Of a stretch of 46,946 nucleotides of DNA, positions 16,791-25,653 are shown piece after piece. The translations under genes were made by a program, and so were the position numbers. The first letter of the stretch is position 1. The number at the start of each line of letters is the position of its first letter. Source of the DNA: Verrucomicrobiota bacterium (GTDB taxonomy: Bacteria > Verrucomicrobiota > Verrucomicrobiia > Limisphaerales > UBA9464); NCBI GenBank assembly GCA_038226425.1, contig JBBRQL010000002.1, positions 1-46,946 of the forward strand, given 5' to 3'. Below the pieces are notes generated by a model. It ran no database searches. It saw nothing but the letters and a program-made list of their open reading frames with translations, and was not told the DNA's origin.

Positions 16791-18086
16791 TCACTTGATC
16801 TGGTCCTGGAGCGAGAAGATCGGCAGCACCATGCCGATGACGATGACGCCGACGAGGCCGGCGACGATGAACAACATCAGCGGCTCGGCCAAGGAGACGG
16901 CGGCCTTGAGCTGCCGGTCGAGGTCGCCCTCGGTGACGTTGGCGATGCGGACCAGCTCCTGGTCGAGCCGTCCGCTCTCCTCGGCGACGGCGATCATCTC
17001 CAAGGTCGCGCCGGAGAAGAGCACGCGGCAGTCGCCGAGGCTCGGCCCGAGCTGGCGGCCTTCCTTCACGCGTTCGATCGAGTTCGAGACGGCGTCGACG
17101 AGGATCTGGTTGCCGATGGACCGGCGCGCGACGTTCAGGCCGGCGATCAGCGGGACGCCCGCGCCGAGCAGCGTCCCGAGCATCCGGCAGAAGCGCGACA
17201 TGGCGAACTGCGCCACGAGCGGTCCCACCACCGGCGCCCGCAGGACGCCGCCTTCCCACGAACGCCGGCCCGCCTCGGAGGCGAACCACGTGCGCAGCAT
17301 GAACAGGCCGATGCCGATGCCCAGCGCGCCGAGCAGCCCGTAGGACCGCATCGCGTCGCTGATGCCGACGATGATCCGCGTGATGAGCGGGAGCTGTCCG
17401 CCGAAGCCGGAGAAGATCAGCTGGAACCGCGGGATGAAGAAGACGAGCAGGAAGATGAGGACCGCGACGGCCAGCACCAGGATGATCACCGGATAGAGCA
17501 GCGCGTTGACGACCTTCGACTTCATGTCGCCCTCGCGCGCCTGGAAATCCGCGATCTGCGCCAGCACCACGTCGAGGAAGCCGCCGGTCTCGCCGGCCTC
17601 GACCATGGCGACGTAGACCCGCGGGAAGGTCTCCGGATGCCGCGCCATCGCGGCCGTGAGCGAGAGGCCGTCCACGACGCCGTCGTGGATCTGCCGCCAC
17701 TTCGAGCCGGCCAGCGGCGTCGCCGCTTCCCTGGTCATGATGACCAGCGCGCGGCTCAGCGGGACGCCGGCGGCGAGCAGGCTCGATAGCAGGCGGGTGA
17801 AGTTCTCGAGGATGCGCGGCGTGATCTTGCCGGATCCGCCGAAGGCGATCTTCGGGCCGGCGGCAGGCTTGCCCGCGGCAACGCCGTCCTTGCCGGCTTC
17901 CTTGGGTCTCGACGCGGATTTCGCGGGCTTGGCGGGGCTTCCCGGCCCGCCGCGTTCGGTGAGCCGGATCGGCCGCAGCCCGCGGCCCGACACGAGCTTC
18001 ATCGCCTCTTGGCGGCCGCCGGCCTCGATCTCGCCCTCAAGGGCCCGACCGTCGGCTTGCAGCGCTTTGTAGGTGAAGAGCGGCAT
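16791..18086 (-). CDS. gspF: type II secretion / type IV pilus platform protein GspF/PilC
   Basis: Starts at MPLFTYKALQADGRALEGEIEA (ATG 18086, 5 nt after the gspE stop). It has two GspF repeats (FTRLLSSLLAAGVPLSRAL and FCRMLGTLLGAGVPLIAGL) and three TM segments. The track ORF extends further upstream across gspE. Confidence 0.92.
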   Translation of the reverse strand: MPLFTYKALQADGRALEGEIEAGGRQEAMKLVSGRGLRPIRLTERGGPGSPAKPAKSASRPKEAGKDGVAAGKPAAGPKIAFGGSGKITPRILENFTRLLSSLLAAGVPLSRALVIMTREAATPLAGSKWRQIHDGVVDGLSLTAAMARHPETFPRVYVAMVEAGETGGFLDVVLAQIADFQAREGDMKSKVVNALLYPVIILVLAVAVLIFLLVFFIPRFQLIFSGFGGQLPLITRIIVGISDAMRSYGLLGALGIGIGLFMLRTWFASEAGRRSWEGGVLRAPVVGPLVAQFAMSRFCRMLGTLLGAGVPLIAGLNVARRSIGNQILVDAVSNSIERVKEGRQLGPSLGDCRVLFSGATLEMIAVAEESGRLDQELVRIANVTEGDLDRQLKAAVSLAEPLMLFIVAGLVGVIVIGMVLPIFSLQDQIK

Positions 18087-18090
18087 GGCG

Positions 18091-19860
18091 TCAGGCGCGG
18101 TCCACCGCGAGCTCGGCCACCGATGTTTCGCCGCCGGCGCGACCGTCCACCGTGGAGCGCGAGACCTCCTTGGCGGTGGTGACGCTGAGCACCTCCTCGA
18201 CGGTGGTGATCCCTTGGCGGACCAGGCGCCAGCCGTCCTCGGCCAACGTCCGCATGCCATCGCGCCGGCCGGCGTCGCGGATCTCGTCGGTGGACGCGTT
18301 CCGGAGGATCAGCTGCCGGATCTCGTTGCTGGAATCCATCCACTCGTAGATGGCGTGACGTCCGTGGAAGCCGGTGTTCCGGCACTCGCGGCAGCCGACC
18401 GAGCGGTAGGTGGGATGCGACGCAGGGATGCCGAGCCGGACCTTGAAGGTCTGAGCCGTCGGCGAGTCGTCCACCACTTTGCACTGTTTGCAGAGGACGC
18501 GGACGAGGCGCTGCGCCAAGACGGCCTCGAGCGACGAGGCGACAAGGTAGGGCTCGACGCCCATGTCGACGAGGCGCGTGCAGGCACCGGCGGCGTCGTT
18601 GGTGTGCAGCGTGGAGAAGACGAGGTGGCCGGTGAGCGACGCCTGCACCGCGATCTGCGCGGTCTCGGCGTCGCGGATCTCGCCGATGAGGATGACGTCC
18701 GGATCGTGGCGCAGGATGGAGCGGAGCCCGCGGCCGAAGGTCAGGCCGGACTTCTCGTTCACCTGGATCTGGTTGACGCCGCGGAGCTGGTACTCGATCG
18801 GGTCCTCGATGGTGATGATCTTGCGCTCGGTGTCGTTGATGGCGTTGAGCGCGGTGTAGAGCGTGGACGTCTTGCCGGAACCGGTCGGCCCGGTGACGAG
18901 CACGATGCCGTGCGGAAGCTGGAGGACGTGGTCGAAGCAGGAGAGCTCCCGGGCGTCCATGCCGAGGTCCTTCATCCCGCGGAGCGTGGAGTTCTGGCGC
19001 AACAGACGCATCACGACGGCCTCGCCGTGGAGCATGGGGATGATCGAGACGCGGATGTCGACCTCGGCGTCCTCGATGCGGACCTTGATGCGGCCGTCCT
19101 GCGGCAGGCGTTTCTCGGCGATGTTGAGATGGCTGAGGATCTTGACTCGGGAGACGATGGCCGGCTGGAAGCGCTTGATCTGCGCCGGCACGGGGACCTC
19201 CTGGAGCACGCCGTCGATGCGGTAGCGGATGCGGAGCTCGTCCTCGAACGGTTCGAGGTGGATGTCGGACGCGCGCAGCTCGATGGCGTCCTTCAGGAAC
19301 TGGTTGACGAAGCGGATGATCGAGGCGTCCTCGGCCTTCGAATCGAGGTCGCCGTCGTCTTCCGCGCCCTCGTCCACCACCTGGAAGCCGGCACCTTCCT
19401 CGGCCAAGGTGTCGATGGTGTCGGCGCCGACGCCGAGACGCTTCTTCATCTCGCGCACGATCGCCTCGCGCGGTGCGAGCACCGGCTGCAGGCGCAGGCC
19501 GGTCATCGTCTTCAGCACGTCGAGCCCCTGCGTGGAGAAGAGGCGCGAGGTGGCGATCTCGACGGCGCCGTCGACGCGGCGGAGCGGGAGCAGCTCCTCC
19601 TTCAACAGGATGCGCGCCGGGAAGAGCGAGAGCACCTGCTTGTCGGGATCGACGTCCTCGAGGTCGGAGAACGGCACCTCGTATTCCGCCGCGAGCCAGC
19701 GCAGCACCGCGGCCTCCGAGCCGTCGGGCACCGCCGCCGGTCGGCAGGACAGGGAAAGCGCGTCGGCGGCCGACAGTTGTCTGTCGGCCACCATGCGTGC
19801 GACCAGTTGCGAGAGAGGACCGGCGTCAGCCATGCGTTTGCCGTCGGGGATGGGGCCCAC
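18091..19860 (-). CDS. gspE: type II secretion ATPase GspE (PilB-like)
   Basis: Walker A VTGPTGSGKTSTLYTAL. Asp box and Walker B (DPDVILIGEIRD). His box (GHLVFSTLHTND). Tetracysteine motif CKQC...CRECRNTG. N-terminal T2SSE_N-like domain. Start is either GTG 19860 or ATG 19833. Confidence 0.93.
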   Translation of the reverse strand: MGPIPDGKRMADAGPLSQLVARMVADRQLSAADALSLSCRPAAVPDGSEAAVLRWLAAEYEVPFSDLEDVDPDKQVLSLFPARILLKEELLPLRRVDGAVEIATSRLFSTQGLDVLKTMTGLRLQPVLAPREAIVREMKKRLGVGADTIDTLAEEGAGFQVVDEGAEDDGDLDSKAEDASIIRFVNQFLKDAIELRASDIHLEPFEDELRIRYRIDGVLQEVPVPAQIKRFQPAIVSRVKILSHLNIAEKRLPQDGRIKVRIEDAEVDIRVSIIPMLHGEAVVMRLLRQNSTLRGMKDLGMDARELSCFDHVLQLPHGIVLVTGPTGSGKTSTLYTALNAINDTERKIITIEDPIEYQLRGVNQIQVNEKSGLTFGRGLRSILRHDPDVILIGEIRDAETAQIAVQASLTGHLVFSTLHTNDAAGACTRLVDMGVEPYLVASSLEAVLAQRLVRVLCKQCKVVDDSPTAQTFKVRLGIPASHPTYRSVGCRECRNTGFHGRHAIYEWMDSSNEIRQLILRNASTDEIRDAGRRDGMRTLAEDGWRLVRQGITTVEEVLSVTTAKEVSRSTVDGRAGGETSVAELAVDRA

Positions 19861-19872
19861 CGGGACGGGACG

Positions 19873-20445
19873 TCATTTGAGATATCCGGCGAGGACCGCG
19901 GCCGCCTCCTGCTTGGCGGTGAGGACCTGGCGGAGGTCGTCCTGGGCTTTGGCCAGCTTGGCTTCCTTCTCTTTCTGGGCTCCTCGGTACGCGGCGAGCT
20001 TGGCCTTGATGTCGTCGGCCGACGCATTGTTGTCGATGGCGCTCTTGAGCGCGGTCGCCTCGGGGCTGGGTTCGCCGCCGAAACCGCCGCGTCCTCCGCC
20101 GGCACCACCCGCACCGCCGGGACCGCCGCGTCCGCCGAACATGCCCATGCCGCCGCCCATCTCGCGGCGGGCCGCGCTGACCTTCTCGACGCGTTCGGAG
20201 ATGATCTTCCATTCGGCGTCGTCCTTGACCCCGAACTGCTCGCGGACGCGCTCCATCATGCGGGCGCGCATCTGCTCAGGGGTCATGTTGGCGCCCCCTC
20301 CTTGGCCGCGGTTGCGGCGGTTGCCGCCCGGGTCGGCGCCGTTGGCGGCGGCGGGCGCGGTGTCCTGGGCCGAGAGGCCGAGAGCACCGAGGGAGAGGAG
20401 CGCGGCGAGACCGGCCGCGAAGAGAGGACGGGACGATGTTTTCAT
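19873..20445 (-). CDS. small secreted Gly-rich helical protein (Spy/CpxP-like flavour), first gene of the secretion operon
   Basis: ATG 20445. Signal peptide MKTSSRPLFAAGLAALLSLGALGLSAQD. It has an MTPEQMRARMMERV-type helix and a GGGMGMFGGRGGPGGAGGAGGGRGGFGG tract. The stop is 13 nt from the gspE GTG. Confidence 0.6.
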   Translation of the reverse strand: MKTSSRPLFAAGLAALLSLGALGLSAQDTAPAAANGADPGGNRRNRGQGGGANMTPEQMRARMMERVREQFGVKDDAEWKIISERVEKVSAARREMGGGMGMFGGRGGPGGAGGAGGGRGGFGGEPSPEATALKSAIDNNASADDIKAKLAAYRGAQKEKEAKLAKAQDDLRQVLTAKQEAAAVLAGYLK

Positions 20446-20633
20446 GGCAGGGTTGTGGAATGGCGGGGACGGGGTCCGAGAGACGTTGCTGTGGCTGGGG
20501 AGACGCCGGCGGGCGCGATTGGTTACCAAGTTTCACGGAAGGTCCCGGGAAGGCTGCCCGCCCCAAAGATTCACAAGCGCCCCCTTGAATCTGCGGGGTC
20601 GGTTCCTACAGTCCGCGCGCAGACCAAATAGAA

Positions 20634-22598
20634 ATGAGCGAAACCACCGCCGCTTCGCCCTCCGCCGCCAACGGCGCATGGGACATCGCCGCCGCCCGCA
20701 CGACCTACAACATCGACCGTTGGGGCGCGGGCTACTTCGACATCGATGACGACGGCCACGTCGTGGCCAAGCCGCTGCGCGAGAAGGGCGCGAGCGTCGA
20801 CCTCACCGACCTGATCGAGGAGGCGAAGTCGCGCGGGCTGAAGTTCCCGCTGCTCGTGCGCTTCCAGGACATCCTGCGCGACCGCGTCGCGTCGCTGAAC
20901 GAGGCGTTCCGCGCGAGCATCGCGGAGTTCGGCTACAAGGGCATCTACCGCGGCGTCTTCCCCATCAAGGTCAACCAGCTGCGCGAGGTCGTGGAGGAGA
21001 TCCTCGACGCGGGCAAGGCCTACAACTTCGGCCTCGAGGTCGGCAGCAAGCCGGAGCTCTTCATCGGCATGGCGCTCCAGAGCGAGCCCGGCTCGCTCAT
21101 CATCTGCAACGGCTACAAGGACGCCGCGTTCATCAAGCTCGCGCTCCAAGGGATCAAGCTCGGCAAGAAGGTGATCATGGTGGTCGAGAAGCTCGAGGAG
21201 CTCCGGCAGATCATCACCGTGTCCAAGCAGGTCGGCGTCGAGCCGCAGATAGGCATCCGCGCACGGCTGCTGAGCAAGGGCGCCGGCAAGTGGGCCGAGA
21301 GCGGCGGCGAGAACGCGAAGTTCGGCCTCAGCACCGCCGAGCTCCTGGCGGCGACCGAGCTGCTCAACGCCGAGGGCCTCGGGCACTGCTTCAAGCTGCT
21401 GCACTTCCACATCGGCTCGCAGGTGCCGGACATCCTCACGGTGAAGAAGGCCGTGCAGGAGGCGGCACGCTTCTACGCGAAGCTGCGCAAGATGGGCTTC
21501 GACATCGAGTTCGTGGACGTGGGCGGCGGCCTCGGCGTGGACTACGACGGTTCGCGGAGCGCGTTCGACAGCTCGATCAACTACACGCTGCAGGAGTACA
21601 CCAACGACATCGTGTACTACCTCGCCGACGTGTGCAACGCGGAGGGCGTGGCGCATCCCGACATCGTGAGCGAGTCCGGCCGCGCGCTGGTGGCGCACCA
21701 CAGCGTGCTGCTGGTCGAGGTCTTCGGCGCCATCCACAAATCGCCGGTCGTGCCGCAGTTCACCTTCGGCGAGAACGGCGAGGGCGAGCATCCGCTGGTG
21801 AAGGAGCTGCTCGACATCCGCAAGAACTTGGCGCGCCTGAACAAGCTGGAGGCCTACCACGACGCCCTGGAGCGCAAGGAGGACGCCCACAACATGTTCA
21901 CGCTCGGCCTGATCGAGCTGCCCGCGAAGGCCAAGATCGAGACCCTCTACTGGGAGATCAGCCTCGGCGTCGTCGCCAGCTTCAAGGGCCAGGCCTACAT
22001 CCCCGAGGAGATCCGCAAGCTCGAGGATTCCCTCGGAGACCAGTACCTCTGCAATTTCTCGGTCTTCCAGTCGCTGCTCGACCACTGGGCGCTGGGGCAG
22101 CTGTTCCCCATCATGCCCGTCAGCCGGCTCGACGAGCGGCCCACGCAGGAATGCACGCTGGTGGACATCACCTGTGATTCCGACGGCGCGATCAACAAGT
22201 TCATCGACCTGCGCGACGTCCGGGACACGCTCCCGCTCCACACGCTGAAGCAGAACGGCCACGGGTCCGAGCCCTACTACCTCGGCTTCTTCCTGATGGG
22301 CGCCTACCAGGACATCATGGGCGACCTGCACAACCTCTTCGGCCGCGTGAACGAGCTCCACGTGTTCCTCGAGCCCGACGAACCGGCCGGCTACTACGTC
22401 GAGGAGGTCATCGAGGGCAACACCATCATCCAGTGCCTCAGCGCCGTGCAGTACGACGAGAAAGAGCTGCAGCGCCAGATGAAGGCCCAGGTGGACGCCG
22501 CGATCAAGAGCGACCGCCTGAAGCCCAGCGAGGCGATGCGCCTGCTCGACGACTACGAGCGCGGGCTGAAGGACTATACCTACCTCACGATCGGGTGA
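20634..22598 (+). CDS. speA: biosynthetic arginine decarboxylase
   Basis: 654 aa. N-terminus is YNIDRWGAGYFDIDDDGHV...LLVRFQDILRDRV, with YRGVFPIKVNQ (PLP lysine), FHIGSQ, GGGLGVDYDG and CDSDG. Full-length SpeA architecture. Confidence 0.93.
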   Translation: MSETTAASPSAANGAWDIAAARTTYNIDRWGAGYFDIDDDGHVVAKPLREKGASVDLTDLIEEAKSRGLKFPLLVRFQDILRDRVASLNEAFRASIAEFGYKGIYRGVFPIKVNQLREVVEEILDAGKAYNFGLEVGSKPELFIGMALQSEPGSLIICNGYKDAAFIKLALQGIKLGKKVIMVVEKLEELRQIITVSKQVGVEPQIGIRARLLSKGAGKWAESGGENAKFGLSTAELLAATELLNAEGLGHCFKLLHFHIGSQVPDILTVKKAVQEAARFYAKLRKMGFDIEFVDVGGGLGVDYDGSRSAFDSSINYTLQEYTNDIVYYLADVCNAEGVAHPDIVSESGRALVAHHSVLLVEVFGAIHKSPVVPQFTFGENGEGEHPLVKELLDIRKNLARLNKLEAYHDALERKEDAHNMFTLGLIELPAKAKIETLYWEISLGVVASFKGQAYIPEEIRKLEDSLGDQYLCNFSVFQSLLDHWALGQLFPIMPVSRLDERPTQECTLVDITCDSDGAINKFIDLRDVRDTLPLHTLKQNGHGSEPYYLGFFLMGAYQDIMGDLHNLFGRVNELHVFLEPDEPAGYYVEEVIEGNTIIQCLSAVQYDEKELQRQMKAQVDAAIKSDRLKPSEAMRLLDDYERGLKDYTYLTIG

Positions 22599-22625
22599 CG
22601 GCTTGCCGGACCGAACCGCCTGTCT

Positions 22626-23030
22626 ATGGTCCGACCCATGACCGTCGCTGAGAAGCCGACTCCCCGCCGAGTGCTCGACCTCGCCGGCCAACTCACCCAT
22701 CGCCAGTTGGAGCAGATCTGGCCGAAGCTGCACCACCTGCGCGTGCAGAAGACTCCGGGCGTCCTTTCTCCGCGGGAGACCGAGATCCTCAAAGGACTCA
22801 ACGCGCCGGCACCGGCCGCCAAGGTCGACCGCTTCCGCAAACTGACCGCGAAGCGCGACGACAAAGGGCTTACCACCGCCGAGCAACGGGAGATGGAGCG
22901 GTTGGTGGACGTGTTCGATACCCTGGACCTGGAACGGGCCGGATTGCTGGCCGAGCTTTCCCGGCTGCGCGGCGTCCCGGGCAGGACGCTGATCCGTTCC
23001 CTCGGCCTACCGCGGACCGAGTATGTCTGA
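22626..23030 (+). CDS. small helical protein, unknown function (possibly addiction-module/antitoxin-like)
   Basis: 134-aa ORF with Arg/Glu-rich helices (LSPRETEILKGLN...LTAKRDDKGLTTAEQREMERLVDVFDTLDLERAGLLAELSRLRG). The stop overlaps a 35-codon micro-ORF (ATGTCTGA at 23023-23030). No family was firmly recognised. Confidence 0.5.
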   Translation: MVRPMTVAEKPTPRRVLDLAGQLTHRQLEQIWPKLHHLRVQKTPGVLSPRETEILKGLNAPAPAAKVDRFRKLTAKRDDKGLTTAEQREMERLVDVFDTLDLERAGLLAELSRLRGVPGRTLIRSLGLPRTEYV

Positions 23031-23141
23031 AACGCGGGTGTCCACTGTCGCCGCGCTCCGGTTGAACCGTGACAAGGTGCGGCGCCTGCGCCGTCTCTTG
23101 GCCCTGCTCGAACTGCATCCACCGACCTGATCCCGCTTCGC

Positions 23142-23807
23142 ATGTCGTCCCCGGCCGTCATCCCTGCCTTGGCCCGCGTCGTCCGCGGGTTGTCGGCCGT
23201 GTTCTGGGGGTTGCCGGCCATGCTGCTTTTCGATGCCAAGGCGGCGCTGGAAGACTCGTGGAACCCGGTCGGGTTCGGTCCGGTGCTCGCCGCCAGCGCG
23301 CTAGTGCTCTACGGGGTCCATCAGTTCGGCCGGTTCCAGCCGCAGGAGCGGATCTGGGCCGCCGCCGTCGAGCGGGCACGTTTGTCGGCGATGCTCCTGC
23401 TCGCCCTCGCGCCGTTCACGGTGTGGTGGAGCCGACGGCCCGAGGAACCCTTCTTCGCGCACAGCATGGTGCTGCTGCTCGTCGCGGGCCTGGTGTTCCT
23501 GCTCGCGCTGAACCATCTGCTCGTGCGCCTCGCCGCCATGCTGCCGGACGAGGCGCTACGGGTGGAGACGCGCTTCTTCGCGCGGCTCAACGGCACGCTG
23601 GTCGTGACGCAAGGAATCCTCTTCGCGGCGTACCTGCTGCTCATGCGCTTGCCGGAACCGCAGGGTCCGCTCGTCTGGGTCCTGTCGGCGATGGAGGTCG
23701 CCAAGGCCTGGCTGGTCGTCGTGCTCGCGCTTCCGCCGGTGGCGCTCACCATGACGCTGCTCTGGAAGACCAAGGAGGTCATCATGACCAGCGTGTTCCG
23801 GCAGTGA
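23142..23807 (+). CDS. polytopic (about 6 TM) membrane protein, unknown function
   Basis: 221-aa ORF with repeated hydrophobic helices (LSAVFWGLPAMLLF, VLAASALVLYGV, LSAMLLLALAPFTVWW, MVLLLVAGLVFLLAL, LVVTQGILFAAYLLLM, WLVVVLALPPVALTMTLLW). Same strand as 22626-23030 and close behind it. Confidence 0.6.
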   Translation: MSSPAVIPALARVVRGLSAVFWGLPAMLLFDAKAALEDSWNPVGFGPVLAASALVLYGVHQFGRFQPQERIWAAAVERARLSAMLLLALAPFTVWWSRRPEEPFFAHSMVLLLVAGLVFLLALNHLLVRLAAMLPDEALRVETRFFARLNGTLVVTQGILFAAYLLLMRLPEPQGPLVWVLSAMEVAKAWLVVVLALPPVALTMTLLWKTKEVIMTSVFRQ

Positions 23808-23889
23808 CGCCCCGCGGATCCGCGGCGCCGTGCCGCGTCCGGCCTTTAACCTGTTGCTCCGGCCACGGCGCCTTTGGTTCCCTCCACGC

Positions 23890-25653
23890 ATGGTTCCTCG
23901 CAGCATCCGCCGGTCTCTTTTGTCGACCTTCGTCGCCCTCGGTCTCGCGGTTTTCCGCGGCGCGGCGGAGGACAACGACTACGTCCTCGGCCCCGATTCG
24001 CAGGTGGACCCCGGCGTGCCGCAGGGCTTCGTGCTGCAACAGGCCTTCAACGCCGGCACCAACTCGGTCTTCCCCGGCACCAGCCGCGACTACTGGATCT
24101 ACGTGCCGCGGCAGTACGACGGCAACAAGCCCGCCGCGCTGATGGTCTTCCAGGACGGCGGCGGCTATCTCTCGCCCACCGGCCAATGGCGCGTGCCGGT
24201 CGTGTTCGACAACCTCATCGCGAAGGGCGAGATGCCTGTGACCATCGGCGTCTTCGTGAACCCGGGCGTCGTCCCGTCGACCATCGGCACCAACGCGCTG
24301 CCCCGCTACAACCGCAGCTACGAGTACGACGGTCTCGGCGACGCCTACGCGCGCTTCCTCGTCGAGGAGCTGCTGCCCGAGGTCACGTCGCGCTACCTCA
24401 TCACGCCGTTCCCCGACGGCCGCGCCATCGCCGGTTCGAGCAGCGGCGCCATCGCCGCCTTCAACGCCGCGTGGGAACGACCCGACCAGTTCCGCCGCGT
24501 CTTCAGCACCATCGGCACCTACGTCGGCCTGCGCGGTGCCGATGTGTTGCCCACGCTCATCCGCAAGACCGAGCCGAAGCCGCTGCGCGTGTTCCTCCAG
24601 GACGGCTACAAGGACCAGGATATCTACGGCGGCAACTGGTGGATCGCCAACCAGGCAATGCTCAGCGCGCTCCAGTTCGCCGGCTACGAAGTCACCAACA
24701 AATGGGGCACCGGCGGGCACGACGGCAAGCAGGGCGGCAGCATCCTCCCCGACGCGATGCGTTGGCTCTGGAAGGACTATCCGAAGCCGGTGAAGGCCGG
24801 CAGCGGCGCGAAGCACCTTGCCGCCGGGCTCATCGACGGCGACTGGCAACTCGTCGGCCAAGGCTACCAGTTCCCCGGCGGCCTCGTGTCCGACGCCGCC
24901 GGCACGGTCTACTTCACTGACCAGCCGGCCAGCCGCATCTACAAGGTCGCCCTCGACGGCGCGGTCGCCGTCCTGCGCGACGCCGCCAACCATCCGCAAG
25001 CGATGGCCGTGACGCCGGACGGACGCGTGCTCGCTTCCCAGCCCGCGACCCGCGGCATCGTCGAGCTCGAGGGCAAGGCCGGCGAAAAGATCATCTCCAC
25101 CGATGCGGCCGCGAAGGCGATGGTCGTCCGGCACACCGGCACGACCTACTTCACCGACCCGGCCGCGCACGCGGTCAAGGCCATGGACGCCAAGGGCAAG
25201 ATCGCGACGCTCGACACGGGCATCGAGTTCCCCAGCGGCCTCGCCTTCTCGCCGGACCAATCGCTGCTCTACGTCAGCGATCTCGTGGGCCAGCTCATCT
25301 ACAGCTTCCAGGTCCGCGACGACGGCACGCTCGCCTTCAAGCAGCGCTACTTCCACCTGCACATGCCGGACGACCCGCGCGGATCCGGCGCGGACGGCCT
25401 GTGCGTGGACGCCGCGGGCCGGCTCTACGTGGCGTCGAGCGTCGGCGTCCAGTTCTGCGACCAAGCGGGCCGGGTCAACGGCATCCTCAACAAGCCTGAG
25501 CCGGGCGCGTGGGCGAGCAGCGTGTGCTTCGGTGGCAAGGACCGCGACGAGCTCTACCTCGCCGCCGGCGACAAAGTGTGGAAACGGAAGCTCAAGGCGA
25601 AGGGCGCGTTCGCCTTCGAGGCGCCCATCGTCCCGCCCGGACCGCGGCTTTGA
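23890..25653 (+). CDS. secreted fusion protein: esterase (enterochelin-esterase/esterase-D-like alpha/beta hydrolase) + SMP-30/gluconolactonase/LRE-like beta-propeller
   Basis: ATG 23890 gives the signal peptide MVPRSIRRSLLSTFVALGLAVFRGAA. The N-terminal half has RDYWIYVPRQYDGNKPAALMVFQDGG and the nucleophile-elbow-like AIAGSSSGAIAAF. The C-terminal half has propeller repeats (GTVYFTD, AVTPDGRV, PSGLAFSPDQSLLYVSD, ADGLCVDAAGRLYVAS, SVCFGGKDRDELYL). Confidence 0.8.
   Translation: MVPRSIRRSLLSTFVALGLAVFRGAAEDNDYVLGPDSQVDPGVPQGFVLQQAFNAGTNSVFPGTSRDYWIYVPRQYDGNKPAALMVFQDGGGYLSPTGQWRVPVVFDNLIAKGEMPVTIGVFVNPGVVPSTIGTNALPRYNRSYEYDGLGDAYARFLVEELLPEVTSRYLITPFPDGRAIAGSSSGAIAAFNAAWERPDQFRRVFSTIGTYVGLRGADVLPTLIRKTEPKPLRVFLQDGYKDQDIYGGNWWIANQAMLSALQFAGYEVTNKWGTGGHDGKQGGSILPDAMRWLWKDYPKPVKAGSGAKHLAAGLIDGDWQLVGQGYQFPGGLVSDAAGTVYFTDQPASRIYKVALDGAVAVLRDAANHPQAMAVTPDGRVLASQPATRGIVELEGKAGEKIISTDAAAKAMVVRHTGTTYFTDPAAHAVKAMDAKGKIATLDTGIEFPSGLAFSPDQSLLYVSDLVGQLIYSFQVRDDGTLAFKQRYFHLHMPDDPRGSGADGLCVDAAGRLYVASSVGVQFCDQAGRVNGILNKPEPGAWASSVCFGGKDRDELYLAAGDKVWKRKLKAKGAFAFEAPIVPPGPRL

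Noticed and set aside
23023-23130. The micro-ORF as a remnant of an HNH endonuclease gene. Small helical proteins of this style are, as I recall, sometimes followed by HNH genes.
   Set aside because: No HNH, Cys or His motifs occur in any frame downstream. The resemblance is limited to the first few residues. It is kept only as part of the operon finding.
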